NCBI GenBank assembly: GCA_018400715.1
Contig: JAGYME010000005.1
Span: 3,620 to 67,619, forward strand
Reading direction: 5' to 3'
DNA: 64,000 nt
From: Candidatus Bipolaricaulota bacterium
GTDB lineage: Bacteria; Bipolaricaulota; Bipolaricaulia; M55B111
Part shown: one piece after another, positions 56,450-64,000 of the stretch
Numbering within the stretch: position 1 is the stretch's first letter
Layout of the letters: every line of letters begins with the position of its first letter
The notes under the pieces: model-generated
Database searches by the model: none
Told to the model about the DNA's origin: nothing
Seen by the model: the letters and a program-made list of their open reading frames with translations, nothing else
Position numbers and translations under genes: made by a program

Positions 56450-58735
56450 TCAGTTGTCCTGGAACTCGCCTGCTAGACGGTACATCCTGTAAAGTGACAG
56501 GAGCCAGGAAAGCAGAGACTCGGCACCTTCGTTTTCGTTCACCCGCGAGGGATGCAATCCATCCCGACAGCCGCCGGTATGGAAATCGTAGACGGTGACG
56601 CCGAGGTCGTTGCTCCCCAAGAACCAGTTAAACGCAGTCCTGGTCAAGTTCAAGAAGTACTTGTCGTCAGTAGCATCGTAGGCCTCCCAGCAGGCGTCAA
56701 TCAACGCCGCGACCTCTACAGGTTGCTGGTCAAAATCCGCCTTGCTTCCGCCCCGCTTAAGCCATCCGTCGTTTCCGATGATCGACAGGTAGTTCCCCGT
56801 CCCGTCTAGCTGTTTTTCAATCAACCAGCGGAGGGCCCGAAGACCCCAATCCCTCATCTCTTCGTCGCCGATAAAGTCTCCCCAGACTATAAGCGCCTGG
56901 GGTATCCTGGCGTTTTCGTAAGTAACGCTGTCTTCCGGCCACACCCAGTCCTCGGAGCTGTTTTCCTTTAACGACGTCACCACGCCCTGACAGAGGTCAG
57001 TCGCAAACAGCCTGGTGTTCCTATCTCCTTCGAACTTCTTCAGGTACTTTCTAATCCCCAAAACGGTAAACGCCTTGGCGCGAGGTGAGGTGAATTCCCT
57101 GGTCGGTTCCAGAACGCTCTGGAACAGCTGAGTCCCAAACCTGTTTAAGCCCTCGTCCTGACAATCTCCAACTAGCTTGCCCATAGCCCAGAGGAACCTG
57201 CCGTGAGAGTCCTCCTTGCTGTCCTCGGCAACCCAGCTGTGGTTGTAGGTAAGAAGATTTCTCACCTCTTTCGTCTCCTGATCAACCGCGTACTGGAGGA
57301 AGGCAAGATATTGGTCCAGGAGGTTTCTGGCGGGTTCCTCTCCAAACAGTCGGGAGTGTTCTATAGCAACGATGGCAGCCCGGGCGTTGTCGTCAGTCGT
57401 GTAGCCGAAGTGTCTATTGGGAACTGTAAACGAGGCATGTTGAGCTATTCCGACGCTATCGGTAAGCCGCTCCAGGTGATCGAGCTTGACCTCAGGGAGG
57501 TCGGGAGAGCTATCCCTGCTCGGTCCCCTAGTGCTGACCGATCCCTTGACCTCATCCCTGTAATCACTAATTGCCCGCTCGAAGACGCCACGATATTTAG
57601 ACGCCACCTCGGACCAAATCATGTTCCGTCCAAACTGATAAGCGGCTCGCCTGACCCCCTGTCTCTCCGGTTCATCGCGGAGAAGTTCCTTGATCGCCTC
57701 GGCGGTCGCGTCGGGGTCTTCAAACGGGACCAACTTTCCCCTTCCATCAGCTAGGAGTTCTTCTGCATACCAGTAAGGGGTTGATACAACTGCTTTCCCC
57801 ATAGCTACGGCGTAAGCCAGGGTACCCGAAGATATTTGTTCTTTGGAGAGGTAAGGTGTAAGGTAGACGTCAGCCGTCACGAGGTACTTGGTCAACTCTT
57901 CGAGAGGCACAAACCTGTCGTGAAACGCCACGTTTTGAGACAGACCCTTCTCGTTTACAGCCCTCTCCAACTCTAACCGATACTCTTCGCCCCGCTCCCG
58001 TTTGACGAGAGGGTGAGTCCTACCCAGGACTATGTAGAGAGCATTCGGGAACTCCTGGACGACTCTTTCCATCGCGTCAATTGCCACCTCGATTCCCTTG
58101 TTCGGGCTTAATAGCCCAAAAGTCAACAGCAACAACCTGCCCTCTATCTCAAAGTCGTCCTTGTAGTAGGAGGTATCGAGAAAGGGGACGTCGGGAGCGC
58201 CGTGGGGAATCATCGTAACTTCCGCGGAGGGAACGTCGTATACGTCCTTAAGCAACCCTACACCTTTGTTTGCCAGGACGACGACCCTGGACGATTTATC
58301 ACAGACTTCTTTGAGTACCTCGCGTTGATGGTCGGAGGGGTGTTCCAGGATAGTGTGGAGCGTTGATACTACGGGTTTTCTTATCGCGTCGAGGAAGGTC
58401 AACAGGTGGTCGCCGTCGTCACCGCCAAAGATACCGTACTCGTGCTGGACGCTGACAACCTTTGTGTCCGACAGGTTAATGTAGTCAGCAGCCTTGCGGA
58501 AGTCCATTTTGTTAAACGAGTTAACCTCGAAACTGACCTCGTCATCATAATCATAACCTTCCACTCTATCGTTGATGGCAACGATCGATACGTGGCCGCT
58601 ATTGGAAAGCTCTTCGCCATAACGGTCCGAAATGCTGCCAGCCAGATCGTGCGTAAAGGTACCAATACCGCATTTCCTCGGAGGATATGTTGCCAGAAAG
58701 GTGACTGAAGTTCTGTCGGACAGTTTTATCGACAT
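56450..58735 (-). CDS. GT4 glycosyltransferase fused to C-terminal glycoside-hydrolase-like helical domain
   Basis: TYPPRKCGIGTF, QHEYGIFGG, FGLLSPNKG, SGTLAYA; C-terminal GYTTDDNARA, YENARIP, FDQQPVE, GGCRDGL, NEGAES. Confidence 0.9.
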   Translation of the reverse strand: MSIKLSDRTSVTFLATYPPRKCGIGTFTHDLAGSISDRYGEELSNSGHVSIVAINDRVEGYDYDDEVSFEVNSFNKMDFRKAADYINLSDTKVVSVQHEYGIFGGDDGDHLLTFLDAIRKPVVSTLHTILEHPSDHQREVLKEVCDKSSRVVVLANKGVGLLKDVYDVPSAEVTMIPHGAPDVPFLDTSYYKDDFEIEGRLLLLTFGLLSPNKGIEVAIDAMERVVQEFPNALYIVLGRTHPLVKRERGEEYRLELERAVNEKGLSQNVAFHDRFVPLEELTKYLVTADVYLTPYLSKEQISSGTLAYAVAMGKAVVSTPYWYAEELLADGRGKLVPFEDPDATAEAIKELLRDEPERQGVRRAAYQFGRNMIWSEVASKYRGVFERAISDYRDEVKGSVSTRGPSRDSSPDLPEVKLDHLERLTDSVGIAQHASFTVPNRHFGYTTDDNARAAIVAIEHSRLFGEEPARNLLDQYLAFLQYAVDQETKEVRNLLTYNHSWVAEDSKEDSHGRFLWAMGKLVGDCQDEGLNRFGTQLFQSVLEPTREFTSPRAKAFTVLGIRKYLKKFEGDRNTRLFATDLCQGVVTSLKENSSEDWVWPEDSVTYENARIPQALIVWGDFIGDEEMRDWGLRALRWLIEKQLDGTGNYLSIIGNDGWLKRGGSKADFDQQPVEVAALIDACWEAYDATDDKYFLNLTRTAFNWFLGSNDLGVTVYDFHTGGCRDGLHPSRVNENEGAESLLSWLLSLYRMYRLAGEFQDN

Positions 58736-58770
58736 TCTACCACCTCGATTGTCTTAACTATAAAGTAGAA

Positions 58771-59712
58771 CTAACAACCTTCCACGTAGTCGAGGATTTC
58801 GTCCAGCCTGGCCTTGGCCATACCGATGGTCGAATCGGCCGCGCCGTAGTATATCCTCAATTCGTTCCTCTCTTCGTCTACTATGGCTCCCGTGGGAAAT
58901 ACCACTCCCGGTACGTCACCCCGGTACTCGTAGTCCTCACGGGGCCCGATAACCCAGGAATCGCAGCGCTTTAATAGCCGCGTCGGGTCGTCGTGATCGA
59001 GTAGGGCAAGACCAACTCTGTAAAGCGAGCCGGACGCGGTTTCCCTAACTCCGTGATACAGGATTAGCCAGCCCTTATCCGTTTCCATGGGTTGGGTTCC
59101 CAGGCCGACCTTTGCATCGTCCCACCATCCGCTCCGCCGCGTGAGCAAAATCTGATGCTCGCCCCAGTGGGTAAGGTCGGGCGAGAAGGAAATCCAGATA
59201 TGCTGTTCTCCTCGTACGATAGGGCGGTGTATCATCACGAACCTGTCGTTGAACTTCCTGGGGAAGAGGGAGGCGTCCTTGTCCTCCGGCAAAAGTAATA
59301 CCCCTCTGCGGTCGAACTCCTCGAAGTCCTCGGTGAGGGCAAGGGAGACCTGCGGTCCTGCAGGGGAGAAGGACACGTAAGTAATGGCGTAGGCGTCAAA
59401 CGGCTCGAGCCAGACTATCCTCGGGTCCTCGAGGCCCCATTTCTCCTCGTTAAACTCCTCCAATTGGGACAGGGTAGGTTCCTGGTCCACTACCCAGTTC
59501 GTCGCTCCGTCCTCGCTGGTCGCCTTCGTCAGATGTGAAAAACCCCGGCAATCCTCAACTCTGCAAAGCAGGACGGTCTTTCCATCTATCTCGACGGCAC
59601 CGGGGTTAAATACGGAGTTCACGTTGTAGGGCCAATCCATCGGCGTCAGGATTGGATTGGTCATGCACCTATCAAAAAGATCTCTCGGGTTCTCGTCTGT
59701 CAAATTCTCCAT
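58771..59712 (-). CDS. GH130-family glycosidase/phosphorylase
   Basis: NPIL, VFNPGA, GLEDPRI, DKDA.LFP, YHGV, GDVPGVVFP.G, YYGAAD. Confidence 0.9.
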   Translation of the reverse strand: MENLTDENPRDLFDRCMTNPILTPMDWPYNVNSVFNPGAVEIDGKTVLLCRVEDCRGFSHLTKATSEDGATNWVVDQEPTLSQLEEFNEEKWGLEDPRIVWLEPFDAYAITYVSFSPAGPQVSLALTEDFEEFDRRGVLLLPEDKDASLFPRKFNDRFVMIHRPIVRGEQHIWISFSPDLTHWGEHQILLTRRSGWWDDAKVGLGTQPMETDKGWLILYHGVRETASGSLYRVGLALLDHDDPTRLLKRCDSWVIGPREDYEYRGDVPGVVFPTGAIVDEERNELRIYYGAADSTIGMAKARLDEILDYVEGC

Positions 59713-59871
59713 TTCTAACCTGACATCCCTCCTTAGGGTTCTTTAGTTCTTATCATTATAACCGTAAGAAAATAATTTTTACATACAAACCGGATCACTC
59801 CTGGATTACCTTTCCCTCCTATATTGATATTTACCCTATGGGAGTTTATATTATCAAGCGAGGTGATTTAG

Positions 59872-60978
59872 CTGGTCCCTTATAGAGCAATTCAGGTCTT
59901 CCTCGAGGAAGTCGCCCCGCCGTACCTGGCAGAGGGGTGGGACAACTCGGGGTTCCAGGTCAAACGTAACCGCGACCGTGTAGGGAGGATACTGGTCGGT
60001 CTAGACCCAACGAGAAGCCTCATCCAGTACGGCGCGGAAACAGACGTCGACCTCATCATCACCCATCACCCCTTGATTTTCGACGGACTTGACCGGGTCG
60101 AGGAAGGTAGTCTCGTGGGAGGAAAGCTATTTCAACTCATCGATGCCGGACTCGACCTAATATCGATCCATACGCCGTTTGATCACTCCTCAATAGGGCT
60201 GTCGGAGGCCCTGGCTCAAAGACTGGAACTCCAATCAACCCGAGTACTAAAACCTGTTCACGACGCGAAGCTGCTACGGTTGGTCGTCTTCGTGCCCCAG
60301 GAGGTTGAGTCCGAACTCGTAACTGCACTACATGAGGTCGGTCTGGGAAGCGTTGGGAACTACTCAGAGGGCTATTACAGGGTGGAATCGGAGGGGTTTT
60401 TCACCCCGGACGATTCGGCCAGTCCGGCGAGTGGAGAAAGCGGAAACAGGGAAGCCACGGAGGAATCTCGCCTGGAATTTACCTTGAGCCCAGACCTTAA
60501 GGAACGGGCCATATCTACCCTGAGGGAAGTTCATCCCTACGAGGAGCCGGCCTATTCAATCGAAGAAACTGAGAGGCTAAACCCAGAAGTCGGACTGGGC
60601 AGAGTGGGCAGTACGACCAGGCCTCTGGACCTTGACGGGGTAGTCGGGCTGGTAAGTGAATCTCTGGAGGTCCCGAGAGAGGAGATCAGGATAACTGGGG
60701 ACCTGGAAAGGCGGATAAATCGGTTAGCCGTCTCCCCCGGATCTGGAGGCGCAGCCACCCGTCCGACACTCAACTCTCCCGCCCCCGTCTTGATTACGGG
60801 GGAACTTGACTATCACGAAAGGCTCGACGCTTACGAAGAGGGCCTTGTAGTATTGGAATTGGGACATTTTCACTCGGAAAAGATATTCGTACCCCACTTA
60901 ACGGAACTGTTCGACGAGGAGTTCTCCAGATCGGATCTGGTAATTTATCAATACATGGAGGGAACCCCAGGTGAATAA
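59872..60978 (+). CDS. Nif3-like dinuclear metal protein (YqfO type with PII-like insert); CTG start
   Basis: Frame extends 67 codons above the ORF-track start through APPYLAEGWDNSG and IITHHPL; also HPYEEPAY, GHFHSE. Confidence 0.9.
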   Translation: MVPYRAIQVFLEEVAPPYLAEGWDNSGFQVKRNRDRVGRILVGLDPTRSLIQYGAETDVDLIITHHPLIFDGLDRVEEGSLVGGKLFQLIDAGLDLISIHTPFDHSSIGLSEALAQRLELQSTRVLKPVHDAKLLRLVVFVPQEVESELVTALHEVGLGSVGNYSEGYYRVESEGFFTPDDSASPASGESGNREATEESRLEFTLSPDLKERAISTLREVHPYEEPAYSIEETERLNPEVGLGRVGSTTRPLDLDGVVGLVSESLEVPREEIRITGDLERRINRLAVSPGSGGAATRPTLNSPAPVLITGELDYHERLDAYEEGLVVLELGHFHSEKIFVPHLTELFDEEFSRSDLVIYQYMEGTPGE

Positions 60979-61672
60979 GAACGTAAAGAAGTTACTCGAC
61001 CTGCAAACTGCCGACAGGGTGATCAGAGAAAAACGCAATCAAATCGATAGCATTGAAAAACGGCAAGAAAAGATAAGGGGACAGATAGAGGAGATAGAAG
61101 AAAAGGAGAGAGAACGGGAAGAAAAGCTGTCGCAACTAGAACGGGAAAGCAAGGAAAAAAACAAGGAAGCTGATGAACTCCAGGACCAGATAAAGAAATA
61201 TAAGGAGAGACTCGACGGGGGAATAATCAGCTTCAAGGAGACGGAAGCCCTAAAGGAGAAGGTTCAACACACGACGGACAGACTCGAAGAACTCGAAGAC
61301 GACGCGATCAATATCATGATGAAAATCGACGAACTCAAAGAGAGGAGAAAGGAAAAACGGAGCGAGTCGGAAGAAAAGGTCGAGGAGAAGAGTTCTCTGA
61401 TCGAAAACCTGGAAGAGGAAATAGAAGAACTTCGCTCGGAGATCGAAGATGCCTCTAGCGAAAGAGAGGCCATCCTGGAGGGAATTCCCGACAGGCTAAT
61501 CAAACAATATAACAGGCTTAAATCCAACACGAACGAGCCCGTCGTCCAGATCAAAAACGGCGTCTGTCAGGGCTGTCAGATGTCGGTCAGCAAAAACACG
61601 ATCAAAAAGGCCCGAAGTGATCAGGGGATAGCCACCTGTGAGAACTGTTCGAGAATACTTTACATCAGGTAG
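60971..61672 (+). CDS. Coiled-coil protein with C4 zinc ribbon (DUF164-like)
   Basis: LLDLQ..D, long coiled coil, CQGC...CENCSRILY; usual Nif3 neighbour. Confidence 0.9.
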   Translation: MNKNVKKLLDLQTADRVIREKRNQIDSIEKRQEKIRGQIEEIEEKEREREEKLSQLERESKEKNKEADELQDQIKKYKERLDGGIISFKETEALKEKVQHTTDRLEELEDDAINIMMKIDELKERRKEKRSESEEKVEEKSSLIENLEEEIEELRSEIEDASSEREAILEGIPDRLIKQYNRLKSNTNEPVVQIKNGVCQGCQMSVSKNTIKKARSDQGIATCENCSRILYIR

Positions 61673-62375
61673 GGTTAGAAAACTTCAGTTTGCCTTCGTC
61701 TTACTCATGCTTTTCCCCTTCCTTTTCTGCCCCACCGTAATTGCCACGCGCCTTCCGGGGAAGATCGGCAGGATTAACGACTACGCCAACGTCCTCCGGG
61801 TAGGTGATCACTCTGAGCTAGAAGATAAGTTGACCGAACTGGCTAATCTAGAAATGGGATTGACGATCCTGATATCGTTGAACGACCCCTACAACAACCC
61901 CGACAGGTATGGTTTCGAGGTCAGTCGAAAATGGGGTCTTTCCAACGATCCAAACGAAGGCCTGATCGTCTTCGTCAAGGAAGACGACTGCTGGAAAGCG
62001 AGCTTTTCCCTATCGGGCCAACTTACCGGTTCCTTTTCGGGAGAGGTCTCCTACGGCGAGTTCCAGAATGAGATAAGGAGCAAGGTGGAGTCCGGGGAGG
62101 TTAGAGACGCCGTTCTCGAGAGCGTAAACACCCTTTATGCCTTACAATTTCGCTCCGGTTCGACCGAAGCGAATAACGGAGAGTCTTCGGAGAAAGGTTA
62201 TCTACTTTACTTCGTTGTCGGCGGAGCCCTTCTCCTAGTTATCGTGGTTTTTCTCGTAATCCGCGAGGCCCGCCTCCACTGTCCAAAATGTGGGAGTCGA
62301 ATGAAGGTTACGGGAGCCGGCCCCGGCAGACGGGAAAAATATTGCCCGAGGTGTGGATATTACGAGCGAGAATAA
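61638..62375 (+). CDS. TPM-domain membrane protein with C-terminal zinc ribbon
   Basis: GRINDYANVL, WGL, GLIVFV; TM; CPKCG...YCPRCGY; start uncertain. Confidence 0.7.
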   Translation: MRTVREYFTSGRVRKLQFAFVLLMLFPFLFCPTVIATRLPGKIGRINDYANVLRVGDHSELEDKLTELANLEMGLTILISLNDPYNNPDRYGFEVSRKWGLSNDPNEGLIVFVKEDDCWKASFSLSGQLTGSFSGEVSYGEFQNEIRSKVESGEVRDAVLESVNTLYALQFRSGSTEANNGESSEKGYLLYFVVGGALLLVIVVFLVIREARLHCPKCGSRMKVTGAGPGRREKYCPRCGYYERE

Positions 62376-62396
62376 CTGAGGAAAGGAGAGTCAGAA

Positions 62397-62816
62397 GTGA
62401 ACGAGGCGGACTTCACCGATATCTTGAAAAAACTCCGGGGCCCCAGGGTTTGGGTTACCGGTTTCTTGCTCTACTCAGGAGTCGTTTATTATCTCGCGAT
62501 GAGGCCAATTGATCCCGGAGGAGCGATCGGGAAGATAAGCGGGCTCGACAAACTCCTCCACGGGGGAGAGTTCCTACTATTCTTCCTGATCGGCTTTAAG
62601 GCACTGGATTCGCTGGCGGGAACGAACCGGGGAAAGTTAGTCGCCCTGATAGCGGGGTCCCTCATCTTCGCCGGGATAACGGAGGCATCACAGATGGCAG
62701 TTGGCTTCAGGAGCGCTTCAATTGTCGATTGGTACGCCGACTTTGCCGGGATCGGGGTGGGACTTATCAGCGTAAAGCTGGCTTCATGGTTATCTGGAAA
62801 GCGGGAAAGTCAATAG
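62397..62816 (+). CDS. VanZ family membrane protein
   Basis: DKLLH, E..Q....RSAS..DW.AD. Confidence 0.85.
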   Translation: MNEADFTDILKKLRGPRVWVTGFLLYSGVVYYLAMRPIDPGGAIGKISGLDKLLHGGEFLLFFLIGFKALDSLAGTNRGKLVALIAGSLIFAGITEASQMAVGFRSASIVDWYADFAGIGVGLISVKLASWLSGKRESQ

Positions 62817-62825
62817 TCAACCTGC

Positions 62826-62899
62826 TGGCTAGGGCGGGTGGACTCGAACCACCGGTCCAGGGACCAAAACCCTGTGCCTTACCGCTTGGCCACGCCCTA
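62826..62899 (-). tRNA. tRNA-Gln(UUG)
   Basis: Reverse complement TAGGGCG-TGGCCAAGCGGTAAGGCA-CAGGG-TTTTGGT-CCCTG-...GGTTCGAGTCC...CGCCCTA-G-CCA; full cloverleaf with encoded CCA. Confidence 0.97.
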
Positions 62900-62923
62900 A
62901 ATTCTATAAAATTCTAGCTGAAA

Positions 62924-63301
62924 CTAGAACTTATCTGTAAAGCTTAAGTCCTCGATTTCGTCTTCCGAATCGTCTTCTGTCGACTCGGGCTCCGGTTCTT
63001 CCTCGAGCCCAACTTCCTCCTCCTCCTCCTCTAATTCGGACTCTTCCCCGACGACCTCTCGATACTTCTCTAAAACCTTATCCTCAAGTTTTAAGCGGAA
63101 ATCGTTGTCAATTGGGTGGGCAGTATCCCGATATTCTCCATCTCCAACTTCCCGACTCGGCATTGCCACAAAAAGTCCATTGCTTCCCTCGATAACTTTA
63201 ACGGAATGAATAATAAAAACGTCGTCGAACACAACTGAACAGAATGACTTTAGGTTTCCCTCGTCCTTCATCGGCCTTATTTCGACTCTAGTTATTTCCA
63301 C
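62924..63301 (-). CDS. spoVG: SpoVG family nucleic-acid-binding protein with acidic tail
   Basis: MEITRVEI, FDDVFIIH.VKVIEG..GLFVAMPS, YRDTAHPI. Confidence 0.95.
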   Translation of the reverse strand: MEITRVEIRPMKDEGNLKSFCSVVFDDVFIIHSVKVIEGSNGLFVAMPSREVGDGEYRDTAHPIDNDFRLKLEDKVLEKYREVVGEESELEEEEEEVGLEEEPEPESTEDDSEDEIEDLSFTDKF

Positions 63302-63499
63302 TGTAAAACCTCTCCTTTTCTGTATTCGTTTATGTTAAAAAATGGTAGCACAACGATTTTCTATTTTCAACGTCCGCGCTTTTCCTTACAGGAACTAAAC
63401 AAAAGAGAATTATTCGTCAAAAAGCCGCGATATGATTTGCCTAAAGGCGAGAAAAACAACATAATAAGGGTTAAGTTAAGAAAACCAGAGGTGAGAAAA

Positions 63500-63814
63500 A
63501 TGATACTATCAACTACGGGTGATATCACGGAGAGAGAAATCGGAGAGACGCTCGGTTTGGTGAGGGGTAACACGATTCGAGCAAGAAACGTCGGCCGAGA
63601 TATACTGGCGGGACTGAGAAACATCGTCGGCGGAGAGATCAAAGACTACACCCAGATGCTATCCGATGCCAGAGAAGAGGCACTCAGCAGAATGGTGGAC
63701 GAGGCAAACGACCTTGGCGCAGACGCAATAGTAGAGGTCAGATTTACCACCTCGGAGACCATGGGAGGGGCAGCAGAGATACTCGCTTACGGGACCGCAG
63801 TTAAACTCAAGTAA
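63500..63814 (+). CDS. YbjQ / UPF0145 family protein
   Basis: LGLVRG, RDILAGLRNIVGGE, AREEA..RM, GADAIV.VRF, AYGTAV; ATG at 63500 with SD GAGGTG. Confidence 0.93.
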   Translation: MILSTTGDITEREIGETLGLVRGNTIRARNVGRDILAGLRNIVGGEIKDYTQMLSDAREEALSRMVDEANDLGADAIVEVRFTTSETMGGAAEILAYGTAVKLK

Positions 63815-64000
63815 CCGGGAGGGAGACGGCCCCGAGACTTCCAAGCGTTGAACCGTGGGGGGCATTGCGTTAGAATTTCTAAACCCAAACAGGATTATCT
63901 GGGACCTTATATCTACATTAGATGACTACATTAGGCATTGATACTTCGACCCATTACGGCACGGTAGGCCTGGTCGCGGATGGAAACCTTAAAGGTGAAT

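Noticed and set aside
62826-62899. tRNA-Gln as integration site of a genomic island
   Set aside because: No duplicated tRNA 3' end or integrase seen; flanking genes are ordinary.

Overview
Mostly housekeeping chromosome of an anaerobic, probably halophilic bacterium. Proteins are very D/E-rich, and the gene mix would fit Candidatus Bipolaricaulota/KB1; this is an inference from sequence style, not a database result. About 60 CDSs are recognisable: an O2-detox/electron-transfer cluster (OFOR alpha, SOR, ferredoxin, FprA), metY, rpmE/rpsI/dnaN/tmk/lspA/alaS, a serine-pathway-like triplet, rex, coaX, hflKC, ssb, galKT, cdd, rsmA, rplM, ruvC, polA, dnaA, HU, split transketolase, PKD and FN3 surface proteins, a GT4 fusion with GH130, Nif3 and spoVG. 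There is also one tRNA-Gln(UUG). No transposase, phage, CRISPR array or rRNA was seen. The most striking unexplained signal is a family of six intergenic elements (90-650 bp, between 5.8 and 32.9 kb). They are built from interchangeable blocks of degenerate 7-8-nt tandem repeats, the five larger copies share one orientation, and the copies are mosaics of each other. Some carry a truncated ORF start, an IS200/IS605/REP-like hairpin or a small hairpin with a compensatory base-pair change. Other oddities: many normally conserved operons are broken (one ~34-kb inversion would rejoin dnaA-dnaN), Nif3 appears to start at CUG, an orphan AsrA-like protein has lost exactly one Fe-S cluster's ligands, and an FN3 domain is triplicated near-identically (264-bp unit). 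All alignments and counts were done by eye.
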